Assembly (NCBI GenBank): GCA_035536395.1
Contig: DATLOE010000018.1
Location: forward strand, 16,193 to 80,192
Direction of reading: 5' to 3'
From: Candidatus Dormiibacterota bacterium
Lineage (GTDB): Bacteria > Patescibacteriota > Saccharimonadia > UBA4664 > DATLOE01
DNA length: 64,000 nt
The notes beneath the pieces were generated by a model. It was not told where the DNA came from. It saw nothing but the letters and a program-made list of their open reading frames with translations, and searched no databases. Of this stretch, positions 30,125 through 39,569 are shown piece after piece (positions within the stretch are counted from its first letter, which is position 1; the number at the start of each line of letters is the position of its first letter). The position numbers and the translations under genes were made by a program.

Positions 30125-30245
30125 AACTAGTAAATTTTAGTGCAGTGCGCGAAAAAACCGAAGCCCGCAAACGAGGCGTAGTTGGCCTACGCCGAATGCG
30201 TACTGCAGGTTTTGACAAAGCAATGTGCAAAATTTACAGTTCTAA
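30121..30245. repeat. ~125-bp palindromic MITE/RPE-like element between trmD and khpA
   Basis: Terminal inverted repeats TTAGAACT-A-GTAAATTTT / AAAATTTAC-AGTTCTAA; internal hairpin GGCGTAG/CTACGCC. Confidence 0.55.
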
Positions 30246-30623
30246 GTCGGCTAGTTCTTGGGCTTCCCTCTTAGTCTGCTCATGCAAATCCCTGTGGTCG
30301 TCCTCTAGCTTTGGTTCTGCAATCTCTTGAACCTCTTCTGCCTCGTCGGCCGGTACTACAGCATCGGTTGTACCATCTGGCTCCACGATCTTAAGCGGCA
30401 GAGGCGGCAGGTCGTCTTTGGCACCCACTACTCTGAGTAACGTGCGAATACTTTTGGCGGTAGCACCGGCCTTACCGATGACCTTACCCATATCGGCCGC
30501 GTCCACGGTTAGTTCTATAAACTCCCCTTTGTCGTCTTGCTTTCTTTCAATTCTCACCGCCTCTGGAGTAGCTACCAGAGATTTAACTACGTAATCGATG
30601 AACTGTTCCCGTAAGTCTGCCAT
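30234..30623 (-). CDS. khpA: KH-domain RNA-binding protein
   Basis: DMGKVIGKAG.TAKSIRTLL; follows rpsP. Confidence 0.88.
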   Translation of the reverse strand: MADLREQFIDYVVKSLVATPEAVRIERKQDDKGEFIELTVDAADMGKVIGKAGATAKSIRTLLRVVGAKDDLPPLPLKIVEPDGTTDAVVPADEAEEVQEIAEPKLEDDHRDLHEQTKREAQELADLEL

Positions 30624-30689
30624 TTGGCCCTCTTTATGGTTTTACGCCTTTATTGTAACGCAAAACTTAAGCTAAGCACTACCTTTTTA

Positions 30690-31394
30690 CTATTTTGAAT
30701 CAGCTTCTTCGGCTGCTTCAGCCGCATTGTCGGCGGCCGTTTCTTCTGCTTTTTCGGCGTCTTCTATTACGTCTTCGGTATCTTCAGCTGTTTCGGTCTT
30801 TTCTTCCGAAGGGGCATTCTCTTCTATCTTCTGCTCGTTTTCGCTAGCTGCAACTGCTACGCGCTCGCCTTCAGCTTCTGGTTCGGCCGGCTTGGCCTCT
30901 TCCGCTACGGGCTCCTCAACGGTTTCTTCAGGAGCTGGCTCAGATTCAGCATCTTGAGTCTCTTCGGCTTTTGGCTCTTCGGCCGGAGCTTCTAGCTGAG
31001 CTTCGGTTGGTGCCTCTTGTTGAGCGTCCTTAGTTTCGTCTGCTTCCGCGGCTGGAGCCTCTTCTGGTGCAGCCTCCGCCTTAGCCTCTGATGCAGGCTC
31101 CTTTACAACCGGTTCCTTTTTTGGCTTACGATTCTTGGTTTTAAGCTCTACCCACTCAGGCAGTTCAAACTTTTCTTTCTGCAGCAGTCTAACTACTGAG
31201 TTTGAGGGCTGGGCGCCATTGCTGATCCGCTTTAAGGTCTCTTCCTTTTTTATTGTGAGCTCCTTGGTGTGTGGGTTGTAGTTGCCCAAAATCTCCACAA
31301 ACTTACCAGTCGCAGCCCGGGATGATTCGGCTGCAACTATACGGTAGGTAGCATAATTTTTACGGCCCGTTCGGGCCAAGCGGATAACTAGCAT
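30690..31394 (-). CDS. rpsP: 30S ribosomal protein S16 with long acidic tail
   Basis: IRLARTGRK..YRIVAA, LGNYNP and GAQPS motifs. Confidence 0.95.
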   Translation of the reverse strand: MLVIRLARTGRKNYATYRIVAAESSRAATGKFVEILGNYNPHTKELTIKKEETLKRISNGAQPSNSVVRLLQKEKFELPEWVELKTKNRKPKKEPVVKEPASEAKAEAAPEEAPAAEADETKDAQQEAPTEAQLEAPAEEPKAEETQDAESEPAPEETVEEPVAEEAKPAEPEAEGERVAVAASENEQKIEENAPSEEKTETAEDTEDVIEDAEKAEETAADNAAEAAEEADSK

Positions 31395-31470
31395 ATTTCC
31401 TTAAAAATAACGGATTAATGTTATCTGTTTTAACCTGAAAAGTCAATTCTCTGTTAGTAATAAAAGCTTT

Positions 31471-31496
31471 CCCCCGCCCCTTTTAAAGGGCGGGGG
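31471..31496 (-). terminator. Terminator-like hairpin after the orphan hydrolase
   Basis: CCCCCGCCC/GGGCGGGGG stem. Confidence 0.55.
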
Positions 31497-31501
31497 CTAT
31501 A

Positions 31502-32227
31502 TTAAGCCGCTTGGAGAGCCAGATCTTGGTCGGTCTCCAATTGACGCGGGTATGGACCCTCGAGCAGTTGGGACATAATGCCCAATGCCTCGGAATCACG
31601 GATGATGCTGAAGTGATTCAGCTCGTGCCGGGTTGGGATCCAAACCGCATCATGCGGCAGCTTGTCGGGTTGCTGGCGGGCTAAAACGTAGTTCTCGGCC
31701 CCCGGTATAAGGCCCGAATGCCATGGCAGTACTATGCCGTCGCGGTAAGCCACAATGCATACGACCCTGGGCTGATCTTGCTGCGGCAGACTGGCCCGCA
31801 TCTCTGCAAACTCGGCCTGTACCTCCAGCAAGTAAGCGCTATTTGGAGCCAGATCATGTGAGCATGGAAACTGGCTCAGAATACGCCTGGTTGCAAGCTG
31901 TGAACCAAAATGAGCTCCTGCTACCGAAAACACTACCGGGAACTTTTCTGGGTTATTGCATGCCAGCCTCAAGAAATGGCTGGGGGGCTGAGAATGGCCC
32001 ACGAAACCAATAGGCCCCTTGAGCTTCTCTGTCTCCCTCTTAAACCACTGGTAGGTGTGCTCCATTCGGAGAATGCCGGCCATTTGCATGCATTGCATCG
32101 GAGCCTCACCAAATATGCCCTGAAGCTGACGATATGCACGGCCTAGACCAAATCGTTCAAAATGAAGCGGTCCAAAATGCCCCAGTACCCCCGTACCGGA
32201 GCTGACTTTCCATGTCAGACCGGTCAC
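31502..32227 (-). CDS. Alpha/beta-hydrolase (lipase-like) orphan with atypical nucleophile elbow
   Basis: FVGHSQP, GAHFGS.LA, DL.P.S..L, DGIV.P and NH motifs. Confidence 0.7.
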   Translation of the reverse strand: MTGLTWKVSSGTGVLGHFGPLHFERFGLGRAYRQLQGIFGEAPMQCMQMAGILRMEHTYQWFKRETEKLKGPIGFVGHSQPPSHFLRLACNNPEKFPVVFSVAGAHFGSQLATRRILSQFPCSHDLAPNSAYLLEVQAEFAEMRASLPQQDQPRVVCIVAYRDGIVLPWHSGLIPGAENYVLARQQPDKLPHDAVWIPTRHELNHFSIIRDSEALGIMSQLLEGPYPRQLETDQDLALQAA

Positions 32228-32306
32228 GTTCCACCCCGCTATGTCGAAGGACTAAACTATATCTGTAATAGCATAAGCGTAATGAAAATACAAGGATAAA
32301 GTGTTA

Positions 32307-32999
32307 TTAATACTTTTTGAGAGCGGCAGCGGCGGCTTGCTGTTGCGCAGCCTGCTTGCTCGAACCTTGGCCTTTGCCCAGCAGGCGTTTACCGACATAG
32401 ACGCCAACCGTAAATGTCTTATCGTGGTCCGGTCCCGATTCATCTAGCACCTTATAGCGCGGAGTGTGACCTTCTTTGTCTTGGGCCATTTCCTGAAACT
32501 TGCTTTTTGGGTCCACCCAACTGCCTTCCGCAAGAATACTAGGCAGAGTACTAATAATGCACTCATCTATAAACTTCCCGGCGGCGGCATATCCTTGATC
32601 TATGTAAATCGCTCCAATAACGGCCTCTACGCAGTTAGCAAGTATAAGGGCTCGGCTGCGGGCATTACCCTTGGATTCACCCCGGCTGAGCTTAAGGTAC
32701 TGGTCTAGTTCTAGTTTGTCGGCTACCGCGCTTAGTGATTCGGTCTTAACCAAAGCACTACGCCAGTTAGTCAGATCTCCTTCTGGATTGGGGTAGTTAC
32801 GGTACAGATAATCGGTAACCACCAGCTCTAGTACCGCGTCGCCCAGAAACTCTAGCCTTTCATTATGCTCCAGGCCGGCCTTAGGGTGCTCATTTAAATA
32901 CGAGCGATGTATAAAAGCGCGCTCTAGCAAGCTTTGATCCTTAAAATGGGTGTTTAAATCTTGCTGCAGTTCACTTAATGATTTTTTGGTTTTTTCCAT
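32307..32999 (-). CDS. rnc: Ribonuclease III
   Basis: HNERLEFLGDAVL signature and dsRBD. Confidence 0.97.
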   Translation of the reverse strand: MEKTKKSLSELQQDLNTHFKDQSLLERAFIHRSYLNEHPKAGLEHNERLEFLGDAVLELVVTDYLYRNYPNPEGDLTNWRSALVKTESLSAVADKLELDQYLKLSRGESKGNARSRALILANCVEAVIGAIYIDQGYAAAGKFIDECIISTLPSILAEGSWVDPKSKFQEMAQDKEGHTPRYKVLDESGPDHDKTFTVGVYVGKRLLGKGQGSSKQAAQQQAAAAALKKY

Positions 33000-33008
33000 G
33001 TGTCTATA

Positions 33009-33506
33009 TTATACCTTTTGCAGCTTAGCCAGGCCCAGCCTGAAAAGATGTTCTGTGTCTTTATATTCAATCAGTTCCAGCGCCTTCTCGCGCGAGAACC
33101 ACTTAACATCTACGATCCCCTCGCTGTTCTCTAAAACCAGAGCATTGGTATCACCTAAGGCTTCTATTAGGAACACATGGGTAGTCATAAAAATCAACCG
33201 CCCTTCGCGCCGGTAAAAAAAGTGGATTTTATCGAGCTTATCGCGAATCGCCAGCTCTTTTAGGCCGGTCTCCTCAGAAACCTCCCGCAAAGCCGTCTGT
33301 TGCAGGTTCTCCCCTGCTTCCACATGACCCTTTGGGATCGTCCAGCGGCCCAGGCGGTCTTGGATCATCAGAATATCGATGTCCTTACCCGACTGGCTAT
33401 GGCGAAACACCATTCCTCCGGCCGTGTATTCACGGACAGCCCTAGTCCTGGGTTTGGACTGGGGCTTGTTACTCTTTCGCTTTTTCTTCTTCTGGTTCGT
33501 ATACAT
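33009..33506 (-). CDS. NUDIX hydrolase
   Basis: PKGHVEAGE....TALREVSEETG Nudix box. Confidence 0.88.
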   Translation of the reverse strand: MYTNQKKKKRKSNKPQSKPRTRAVREYTAGGMVFRHSQSGKDIDILMIQDRLGRWTIPKGHVEAGENLQQTALREVSEETGLKELAIRDKLDKIHFFYRREGRLIFMTTHVFLIEALGDTNALVLENSEGIVDVKWFSREKALELIEYKDTEHLFRLGLAKLQKV

Positions 33507-33924
33507 CACTTTCACGATAAATTGTACCCAGCACACCGTTCACAAATTTGCTGGAGTTTTCGCCGCCAAAGGCCTTGGCCAGTTCTACGGCTTCGTTAAT
33601 TACGACTTTGGGTGGAACTTCGCGCTTTATTAGTAGCTCGTAAACACCCATCCTAAGAATTACCTTATCTATTTTTGCAATCTGCTCCACTGGCCACTCC
33701 GGGGCGGCCGGACCTATGATGCCGTCTATCTTTTCGTAATTTTCCTGAACGCCTTGGATCAAATCGCGCACAAACTCTTTATCTTCAATCGCGTTTGAGA
33801 ACTCGCCCAGATTGCGGGCCATAATCGTTTTTTTGTCGGTATCAATGCCAGCGCCTTCACGAAAATCATATTCGTAAAGAGTCTGCATTGCGACTATTCG
33901 GCCAAGATGTCGGTTTGATGCCAT
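33469..33924 (-). CDS. nusB: Transcription antitermination factor NusB
   Basis: VVINEAVELAKAFG..S.KFVNGVL motif. Confidence 0.95.
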   Translation of the reverse strand: MASNRHLGRIVAMQTLYEYDFREGAGIDTDKKTIMARNLGEFSNAIEDKEFVRDLIQGVQENYEKIDGIIGPAAPEWPVEQIAKIDKVILRMGVYELLIKREVPPKVVINEAVELAKAFGGENSSKFVNGVLGTIYRESDVYEPEEEKAKE

Positions 33925-34089
33925 TTAGGTCCGCTTAATCTTTACCAGTCCCAGCTTAATCGCCTTATGCAGGCGGCGGGCTACATTCCTGCCATCTGAG
34001 GCCGGCTGCAACTGCGGCGCTGCCAGCGCGTGATGGCTGCGGCGGTTACGGATGCGAGATTTTGATGTGCGTTTCTTGGGTACTGCCAC
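33925..34089 (-). CDS. rpmF: 50S ribosomal protein L32, Cys-free (below the ORF-track cutoff)
   Basis: GTG start after AAAGGAG; MAVPKKRTSKSRIRNRRSHHALAAPQL...; lies between yceD and nusB. Confidence 0.92.
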   Translation of the reverse strand: MAVPKKRTSKSRIRNRRSHHALAAPQLQPASDGRNVARRLHKAIKLGLVKIKRT

Positions 34090-34101
34090 TAGGTGCTCCT
34101 T

Positions 34102-34506
34102 TTAACTTTCACTTTTTTTCATTTTTATTCCGGCACAATCAGCCGCGCAGAGTTGCTTCGGCGGCAAGTGTACCACTATTTCCTGCCGGGCCGCTTCATC
34201 TAGATCCACCCTACCGGAAGAGGTAATGGGAAACTGATCGTCGGCCGGCTCTAAACTGAATTCCGCCGTAAAGGGGAAGTCTAGCTCGTGGACAAAAGAA
34301 CGCAAACAGCGATGACATTCCAGCTCTACACTAGTTTGCAACCTGCCAGCCAGCTCCAATCCAGTTTTGGTTCGGGCAAATTTAAGCTGGCCGTTAACCG
34401 GCGAAGCAAGAGTGACATCTTCAAGCTCAGGCTGTTCGCCTGCAATATTAAATTCGGCGGTTGTGCCTTCGTCTGAAGCTAAAATGTCACTTACATCTAC
34501 GTGCAT
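34102..34506 (-). CDS. YceD/DUF177 family protein
   Basis: ECHRCL and LC..DCAG motifs; directly upstream of rpmF. Confidence 0.85.
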   Translation of the reverse strand: MHVDVSDILASDEGTTAEFNIAGEQPELEDVTLASPVNGQLKFARTKTGLELAGRLQTSVELECHRCLRSFVHELDFPFTAEFSLEPADDQFPITSSGRVDLDEAARQEIVVHLPPKQLCAADCAGIKMKKSES

Positions 34507-34596
34507 ATGCGCGCTCTTGAGGGAAATTATAACAGCTTTTGCCCCTTCAGGCAAACATTATACAAAGTAATGCCATTGCCCCGCTGGCCCTGAATT

Positions 34597-37023
34597 TCAT
34601 TCCTTTACTACGAAGTTCACCAGCTTATCTGGTACGTAAATCTCTTTAATGATTTTCTTGTCCTCGGTGTGACGCTGCACCGCCTCATGGGCTTTGGCTA
34701 GCTCCACTATATCTGCCTGACTTGCGCCCGGAGCAGCCGAAAGCGCAGCCCGCACCTTGCCATTTATCTGTACCACCACCTCTATCAGTTCATCTTGTGT
34801 CAGCTTTTCGTCAAAAACCGGCCAGCTGGTAATGTGAATACTCTCTTTATGGCCCAACTGCTGCCACAGCTCTTCTGTAATATGCGGCGCGAACGGTGCC
34901 AGTATTTTAAGCAATATCTCTAGGCTTTCCTGCCACACATCACCTCTCAGCGGCAAATCTTTCTTGAGCTTATACATCTCGTTCACCAGCTCCATCTGGG
35001 CGGCAATGGCGGTATTAAAGCCGAATACCTGCAAATCTTCGGTTACCTTTTTGAGTGTCTTATGGGTAGCACTGGCCAGGGCTGCTTCTAGGGCTTGATC
35101 TGTGCCTTTATCTTCCAGTGTATCCTTAGAGGACAAGTACTCCTGTGTAAGCACCCAAACTCGGTTCAAAAAGCGCTTAGTGCCATCTATGCCACTGGGG
35201 TTAAACGGCCCACCCTGCTCGTATGGACCCATAAACATTAGATAAATGCGGAAGGTATCGGCGCCGTAATCGCCCACCCAATCATCGGGGTTAATCACGT
35301 TCCCGCGCGATTTGCTCATTTTCTGCCCGTCCGGCCCCAAGATTAGCCCTTGATTAAACAGGCGCTTAAAAGGCTCATTAAACTCAATCTCTTTCGCGTC
35401 GTGCAAAACCTTAGTAATGAACCGGGCGTAAAGCAGGTGCAGAATAGCATGCTCCACTCCGCCTATGTACTGATCGACCGGCAGCCAATGCTTGGTTTTT
35501 TCTTTATCAAAAGCCGCCTTATTATTATTTGGGTCAGGGTAGCGCAAAAAGTACCAGCTGGAATCAACAAACGTATCCATAGTGTCTGTTTCGCGCCGGG
35601 CAGGGCCTTTGCATTTAGGGCACTTAGCCTCGTAAAAATCGGGGCTTTCTGAAAGAGGGGATTTACCAGTCGGCTTGAACTTTACCTCCAGCGGCAGTTC
35701 CACCGGCAGCTGATCCTCTGGTACCGGCTGGGTGCCGCACGTGTCACAATAAACAATCGGGATCGGCGCACCCCAGTAGCGCTGGCGGCTTATCAGCCAG
35801 TCGCGCATTTTATAGTTCACCTTCTCACGGCCAAACTGTTTGGTCATTTTTTCACGAGCTTCAGCCGAATTCTGGCCATCAAACTCCCCCGAGTTTGTTA
35901 TTTCCCCCTCACCTGAGTAAGGCAGCTCGCCGGCCTTAATTACTTCTGTAACGGTCAAATCGAATTTTTTGGCAAACTCATAATCACGCTCATCATGAGC
36001 CGGCACCGCCATAATAGCGCCTGTACCGTAGCCAGCCAGTACGTAATCGGCCACCCATACTGGAATCTTTTCCTTTGTAGCAGGGTTAATGGCGTAAGCG
36101 CCGGTAAACACGCCGGTTTTAGCACGCTCGGTATCCATCCGTTCCACTTCAGATTTTGAAGCCGCTTGGCGGGTGTACTTTTCTACCTCATGCTGATGCT
36201 CGCTAGTCGTAACTCTACCCACCAACTCGTGCTCTGGCGCTAGCACCATATAGGTAGCACCGTAAATCGTATCGGCGCGGGTGGTAAAGACTTTAATGGC
36301 CGATTTGGAACCTTCAATCTTAAATTCCAGCTCCGCCCCCACGCTGCGGCCTATCCAGTTGCGCTGCATCTGCTTGATCTTCTCGGGCCATTCAATCTCT
36401 TCCAAGCCTTCTAATAGCCTGTCGGCGTACTCAGTAATCTTAAAAAACCACTGCTCGAGCTCTTTCTTGGTAACCGGCGTGCCGCAGCGCTCACACTCAT
36501 TATTCGGCCCTATAACCTGCTCGTTTGCTAGCACGGTCTGACAGGAGGGGCACCAGTTCTGCCAGCCCTTGGCGCGGTAAGCTAGCTTTTGCTCGTATAA
36601 TTTTAAAAACAGCCATTGGGTCCAGCGGTAGTACTCTGGCCTGGATGTATCTATGGACTTACTCCAATCGTACATAGCACCCATCGATTTCAGCTGGGCG
36701 GTCATAGTTTTAACGTTCCCGGCGGTCCATTTGGCCGGAGCTATATCGCGCTTAATGGCCGCGTTTTCGGCCGGCAGCCCGAAGGCGTCGAACCCAATCG
36801 GGTGCAGTACTTTCTTGCCCTGCATACGGTTAAAGCGGGCAAATGTATCGCTCGGGCCGAAGCAGTACCAATGACCGGAGTGCAGATCGCCCGAAGGGTA
36901 TGGGAACATTACCAGGCAGTAGAATTTATGCCTAGACTTATCGGTTTCGGTTTTGTACAAGCCGGTTTCTTCCCAAATCTTCTGCCATTTGGACTCGACC
37001 GTTTTTGGATTATAGCTGTTCAT
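34597..37023 (-). CDS. leuS: Leucine--tRNA ligase
   Basis: MFPYPSGDLHSGH, GTGAIMAVPAHD and KMSKS motifs. Confidence 0.97.
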   Translation of the reverse strand: MNSYNPKTVESKWQKIWEETGLYKTETDKSRHKFYCLVMFPYPSGDLHSGHWYCFGPSDTFARFNRMQGKKVLHPIGFDAFGLPAENAAIKRDIAPAKWTAGNVKTMTAQLKSMGAMYDWSKSIDTSRPEYYRWTQWLFLKLYEQKLAYRAKGWQNWCPSCQTVLANEQVIGPNNECERCGTPVTKKELEQWFFKITEYADRLLEGLEEIEWPEKIKQMQRNWIGRSVGAELEFKIEGSKSAIKVFTTRADTIYGATYMVLAPEHELVGRVTTSEHQHEVEKYTRQAASKSEVERMDTERAKTGVFTGAYAINPATKEKIPVWVADYVLAGYGTGAIMAVPAHDERDYEFAKKFDLTVTEVIKAGELPYSGEGEITNSGEFDGQNSAEAREKMTKQFGREKVNYKMRDWLISRQRYWGAPIPIVYCDTCGTQPVPEDQLPVELPLEVKFKPTGKSPLSESPDFYEAKCPKCKGPARRETDTMDTFVDSSWYFLRYPDPNNNKAAFDKEKTKHWLPVDQYIGGVEHAILHLLYARFITKVLHDAKEIEFNEPFKRLFNQGLILGPDGQKMSKSRGNVINPDDWVGDYGADTFRIYLMFMGPYEQGGPFNPSGIDGTKRFLNRVWVLTQEYLSSKDTLEDKGTDQALEAALASATHKTLKKVTEDLQVFGFNTAIAAQMELVNEMYKLKKDLPLRGDVWQESLEILLKILAPFAPHITEELWQQLGHKESIHITSWPVFDEKLTQDELIEVVVQINGKVRAALSAAPGASQADIVELAKAHEAVQRHTEDKKIIKEIYVPDKLVNFVVKE

Positions 37024-37074
37024 TAATGCTTATTGTAACCTGATAGCCGCCTAGTGTCATCTGAAAAAAGAACA

Positions 37075-37101
37075 CCCCGGAAAACGAGGTGTTCTCCGGG
37101 G
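37075..37101 (-). terminator. Intrinsic terminator of orphan gene 37105-37542
   Basis: CCCCGG/CCGGGG stem followed by TGTTCTTTTTT on the minus strand. Confidence 0.7.
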
Positions 37102-37104
37102 CTA

Positions 37105-37542
37105 TTAACGGTTGACCGTACGGCACTCGCTGCGAGCCTGGTGCGGCTTGCCGATGCGCTTGCCATCTTTGTCGTAGACAGCCACTGTATGCACCGCCCT
37201 TATGCGCACCTGGCTGAGCCTGGGCGCCCTGATGCGATACCAGCTTTTGTAATAGGCGTTTCTGCTTTCTCCGGCCTGAGGCAGATTACGGGTATGCGAG
37301 TAGGTCTCGCCCCGTTTTTGAAAGCCTCCATCTTTCAGGCAGCGGTAAAAGCTGATGCTTTTTTTGATGGCACCTGGCTGCTTGCCCGTGCTCTGCATCT
37401 GGTAGTAGGCCGTTACCTGCTTTTGAGCGAGCTTTACTTTGACCTGTACGGTAACATCCGTACGGCTGTCTATGTACTTCTTGATCTGCCAGCCGCCAAG
37501 CACCACGACAGCTATAACCACGAAAACTTTGAGTTTGCCCAT
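37105..37542 (-). CDS. Basic secreted or membrane-anchored orphan protein
   Basis: GAGGAG SD, N-terminal hydrophobic helix, Cys pair. Confidence 0.7.
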   Translation of the reverse strand: MGKLKVFVVIAVVVLGGWQIKKYIDSRTDVTVQVKVKLAQKQVTAYYQMQSTGKQPGAIKKSISFYRCLKDGGFQKRGETYSHTRNLPQAGESRNAYYKSWYRIRAPRLSQVRIRAVHTVAVYDKDGKRIGKPHQARSECRTVNR

Positions 37543-37604
37543 ACTCTCTCCTCAGATCGAGCTGTAAAGAACAATAGCCACTTTATGCGGCTGTAATTGC
37601 GGTA

Positions 37605-37633
37605 ACTTTAGTATCTTTTTGCTAGTATGTCAA
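37605..37633 (-). promoter_or_regulatory. Sigma70-type promoter
   Basis: TTGACA (37633-37628), 17 nt, TAAAGT (37610-37605). Confidence 0.7.
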
Positions 37634-38220
37634 ACCTTGGGCGGAATGATAGAGCCAGCACCCTCGGGGCTGATAAATGAATTAACATAATCCGGCTTAA
37701 ATACCGATTTAGGATTACGGGCATCAGGGTCAATTACCGTTACCTTCTCGTCCTCCCACTCTGCAATGATAATGGCATGAATGTTTTTATTTTCCGGGCT
37801 ACCAAAGCCGGGCTTCATGGTTACAATTACCGGAAAGCCCTGACGCACTATTTGCTCCACAGATTTTCCAAGCACGTTTTTATTGTAAAAATCTACCTCC
37901 TCGGTGGTTTCAATGTAGCCGGCCGCTTTCATTTTGGAGAAATCGGTTGGCTGCGGCCCGTTGATCTGCCAGGAAACTATCGGCGCATGGTATTTGTGGC
38001 GCAGAACCTTGGAAAGAAGCGGGCGCTTCCAGTCCTGGCCCTGGGTTTTCAGTAAGCGGCCATCTAAGTCCAGGCAAAATTGGCTGGGCTGTATGGTTTT
38101 ATCTAAATAACCGGCGGCGGCCAGCAACATATAAAAATCGATCGGCGCGCAGCTGCGCATAGCACGGTGTTCGCCCAGTTGGCCGTTCAAAGATTGAAGT
38201 GTAATAGGGTCTATTGTCAT
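37630..38220 (-). CDS. C39-like cysteine peptidase family protein
   Basis: SCAP (Cys), HAIII (His) and IDPD (Asp) in papain-like order. Confidence 0.55.
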   Translation of the reverse strand: MTIDPITLQSLNGQLGEHRAMRSCAPIDFYMLLAAAGYLDKTIQPSQFCLDLDGRLLKTQGQDWKRPLLSKVLRHKYHAPIVSWQINGPQPTDFSKMKAAGYIETTEEVDFYNKNVLGKSVEQIVRQGFPVIVTMKPGFGSPENKNIHAIIIAEWEDEKVTVIDPDARNPKSVFKPDYVNSFISPEGAGSIIPPKV

Positions 38221-38224
38221 TGGG

Positions 38225-39502
38225 CTATTTTAGCGGAAACTGGTCTTGCTTTCGAGCCTGCCAAGCTTCACCTTGGCGAACTAGCTTGGCCTTGTCGGCC
38301 TGGTCAGAGAGCAGCAGTGCAACTGCCTCCTCGGCAAACACACCGTTCTGCGAGCCTTTAGCTAGCACCGTATCGCCACCTTTAAGCTTACGGGCTAAGA
38401 AGCGGCCGGCTTCATAAGGGGAATTGAACCGGTGGATTTTGCTCTCGTCTAAGCCCGCACCCCTAGCGGCCGATGCTAGATGCTTGTTAGCGTTTTCGCC
38501 AATCGTTAAAAGCATATCAATACTACTGCAAGCCTTGCCGACCTCCTGGTGGCCGGCTTCAGCGTAGCTGCCAAGTTCGTTCATTGAACCGAGTATGGCG
38601 ATTTTACGGCCGCCGTTTGATTGCTTTAAGGTTTCAAGGGCGCAAAGGACGGCTTTGGGGCTGGAATTGTAGGTATCATCAATAATCACCGAGCCTCGCT
38701 TGCCGGGCAAGAGCTGCATGCGGCCAGGTACCGGAGTTATTTTAGCAATACCTTCAGCCAGTTGTTTTTCGGTTAGGCCCAGCAACTTGGCTACGGCGGC
38801 GGCGGCGGCTACTATTCGCAGGCTGTGCTCACCCACCAGTTCCGTCTTAAACTTTACGCTCTTTTTGCCCCACTTTAGCGCACCCGAATACCCTTTTGCT
38901 TGGCGTTTGAAGTTTTCGAAATGAAAATCACCCTGCTTCAGGCCATAAGAATATAGTTTGCCGCCGATTTGCTGAACCTCTTCTACCGTGCGAGGATCAT
39001 CGGCATTGTACACCACCTGACGGCTACCCGAAGCTAGTGCCGTTTTTTCGCGAATGATTGCCGTAAGTGAGCCGAAACCCTCCATGTGCACCTGCTGAAT
39101 GGCAGTAACCACCCCTACGTCGGGCTGTATGTAACGCATAAACTGCTGGATCTCACCCGGGCGGTCGGCTCCCATTTCTAGCACCAAAACATCATATGGG
39201 TATGGCTCGCCTAGCCGCCTATCTATTTGCCTAAGAATTTTCAACCACTCTGCCGGTTGAGTTAAGTTCTCTGGCACATCAAGCTCAAAGATAGATAGGG
39301 GCAGGCCGATTTCGGTATTGTAATTACCTTGGTGGGCCAGCACTCTAAATTTTTGGCCAAGCACAGCGGCGATAGCTAGTTTAGTGCTGGTCTTACCGAC
39401 ACTGCCGGTAATAGCCACTATCTTAAGGTTGTTTTTCTTAATTAATTTTTTAACCCGTCGCTCAAGCTGACGGGCAATTGCACGGCGGAGCAATGTTTTC
39501 AT
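38225..39502 (-). CDS. murF: UDP-MurNAc-tripeptide--D-Ala-D-Ala ligase
   Basis: ITGSVGKTSTK, LEMGAD, DDTYNSSP, LGSMNELG and KGSQ motifs. Confidence 0.92.
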   Translation of the reverse strand: MKTLLRRAIARQLERRVKKLIKKNNLKIVAITGSVGKTSTKLAIAAVLGQKFRVLAHQGNYNTEIGLPLSIFELDVPENLTQPAEWLKILRQIDRRLGEPYPYDVLVLEMGADRPGEIQQFMRYIQPDVGVVTAIQQVHMEGFGSLTAIIREKTALASGSRQVVYNADDPRTVEEVQQIGGKLYSYGLKQGDFHFENFKRQAKGYSGALKWGKKSVKFKTELVGEHSLRIVAAAAAVAKLLGLTEKQLAEGIAKITPVPGRMQLLPGKRGSVIIDDTYNSSPKAVLCALETLKQSNGGRKIAILGSMNELGSYAEAGHQEVGKACSSIDMLLTIGENANKHLASAARGAGLDESKIHRFNSPYEAGRFLARKLKGGDTVLAKGSQNGVFAEEAVALLLSDQADKAKLVRQGEAWQARKQDQFPLK

Positions 39503-39530
39503 AACATTATTGTATCTGATAATACGAGGT

Positions 39531-39569
39531 AAATAAAAGAAAACACCCCCACCTTAACGCAGTGGGGGT
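39531..39569 (-). terminator. Intrinsic terminator of the large ncRNA
   Basis: ACCCCCAC/GTGGGGGT stem followed by GTTTTCTTTTATTT. Confidence 0.75.
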
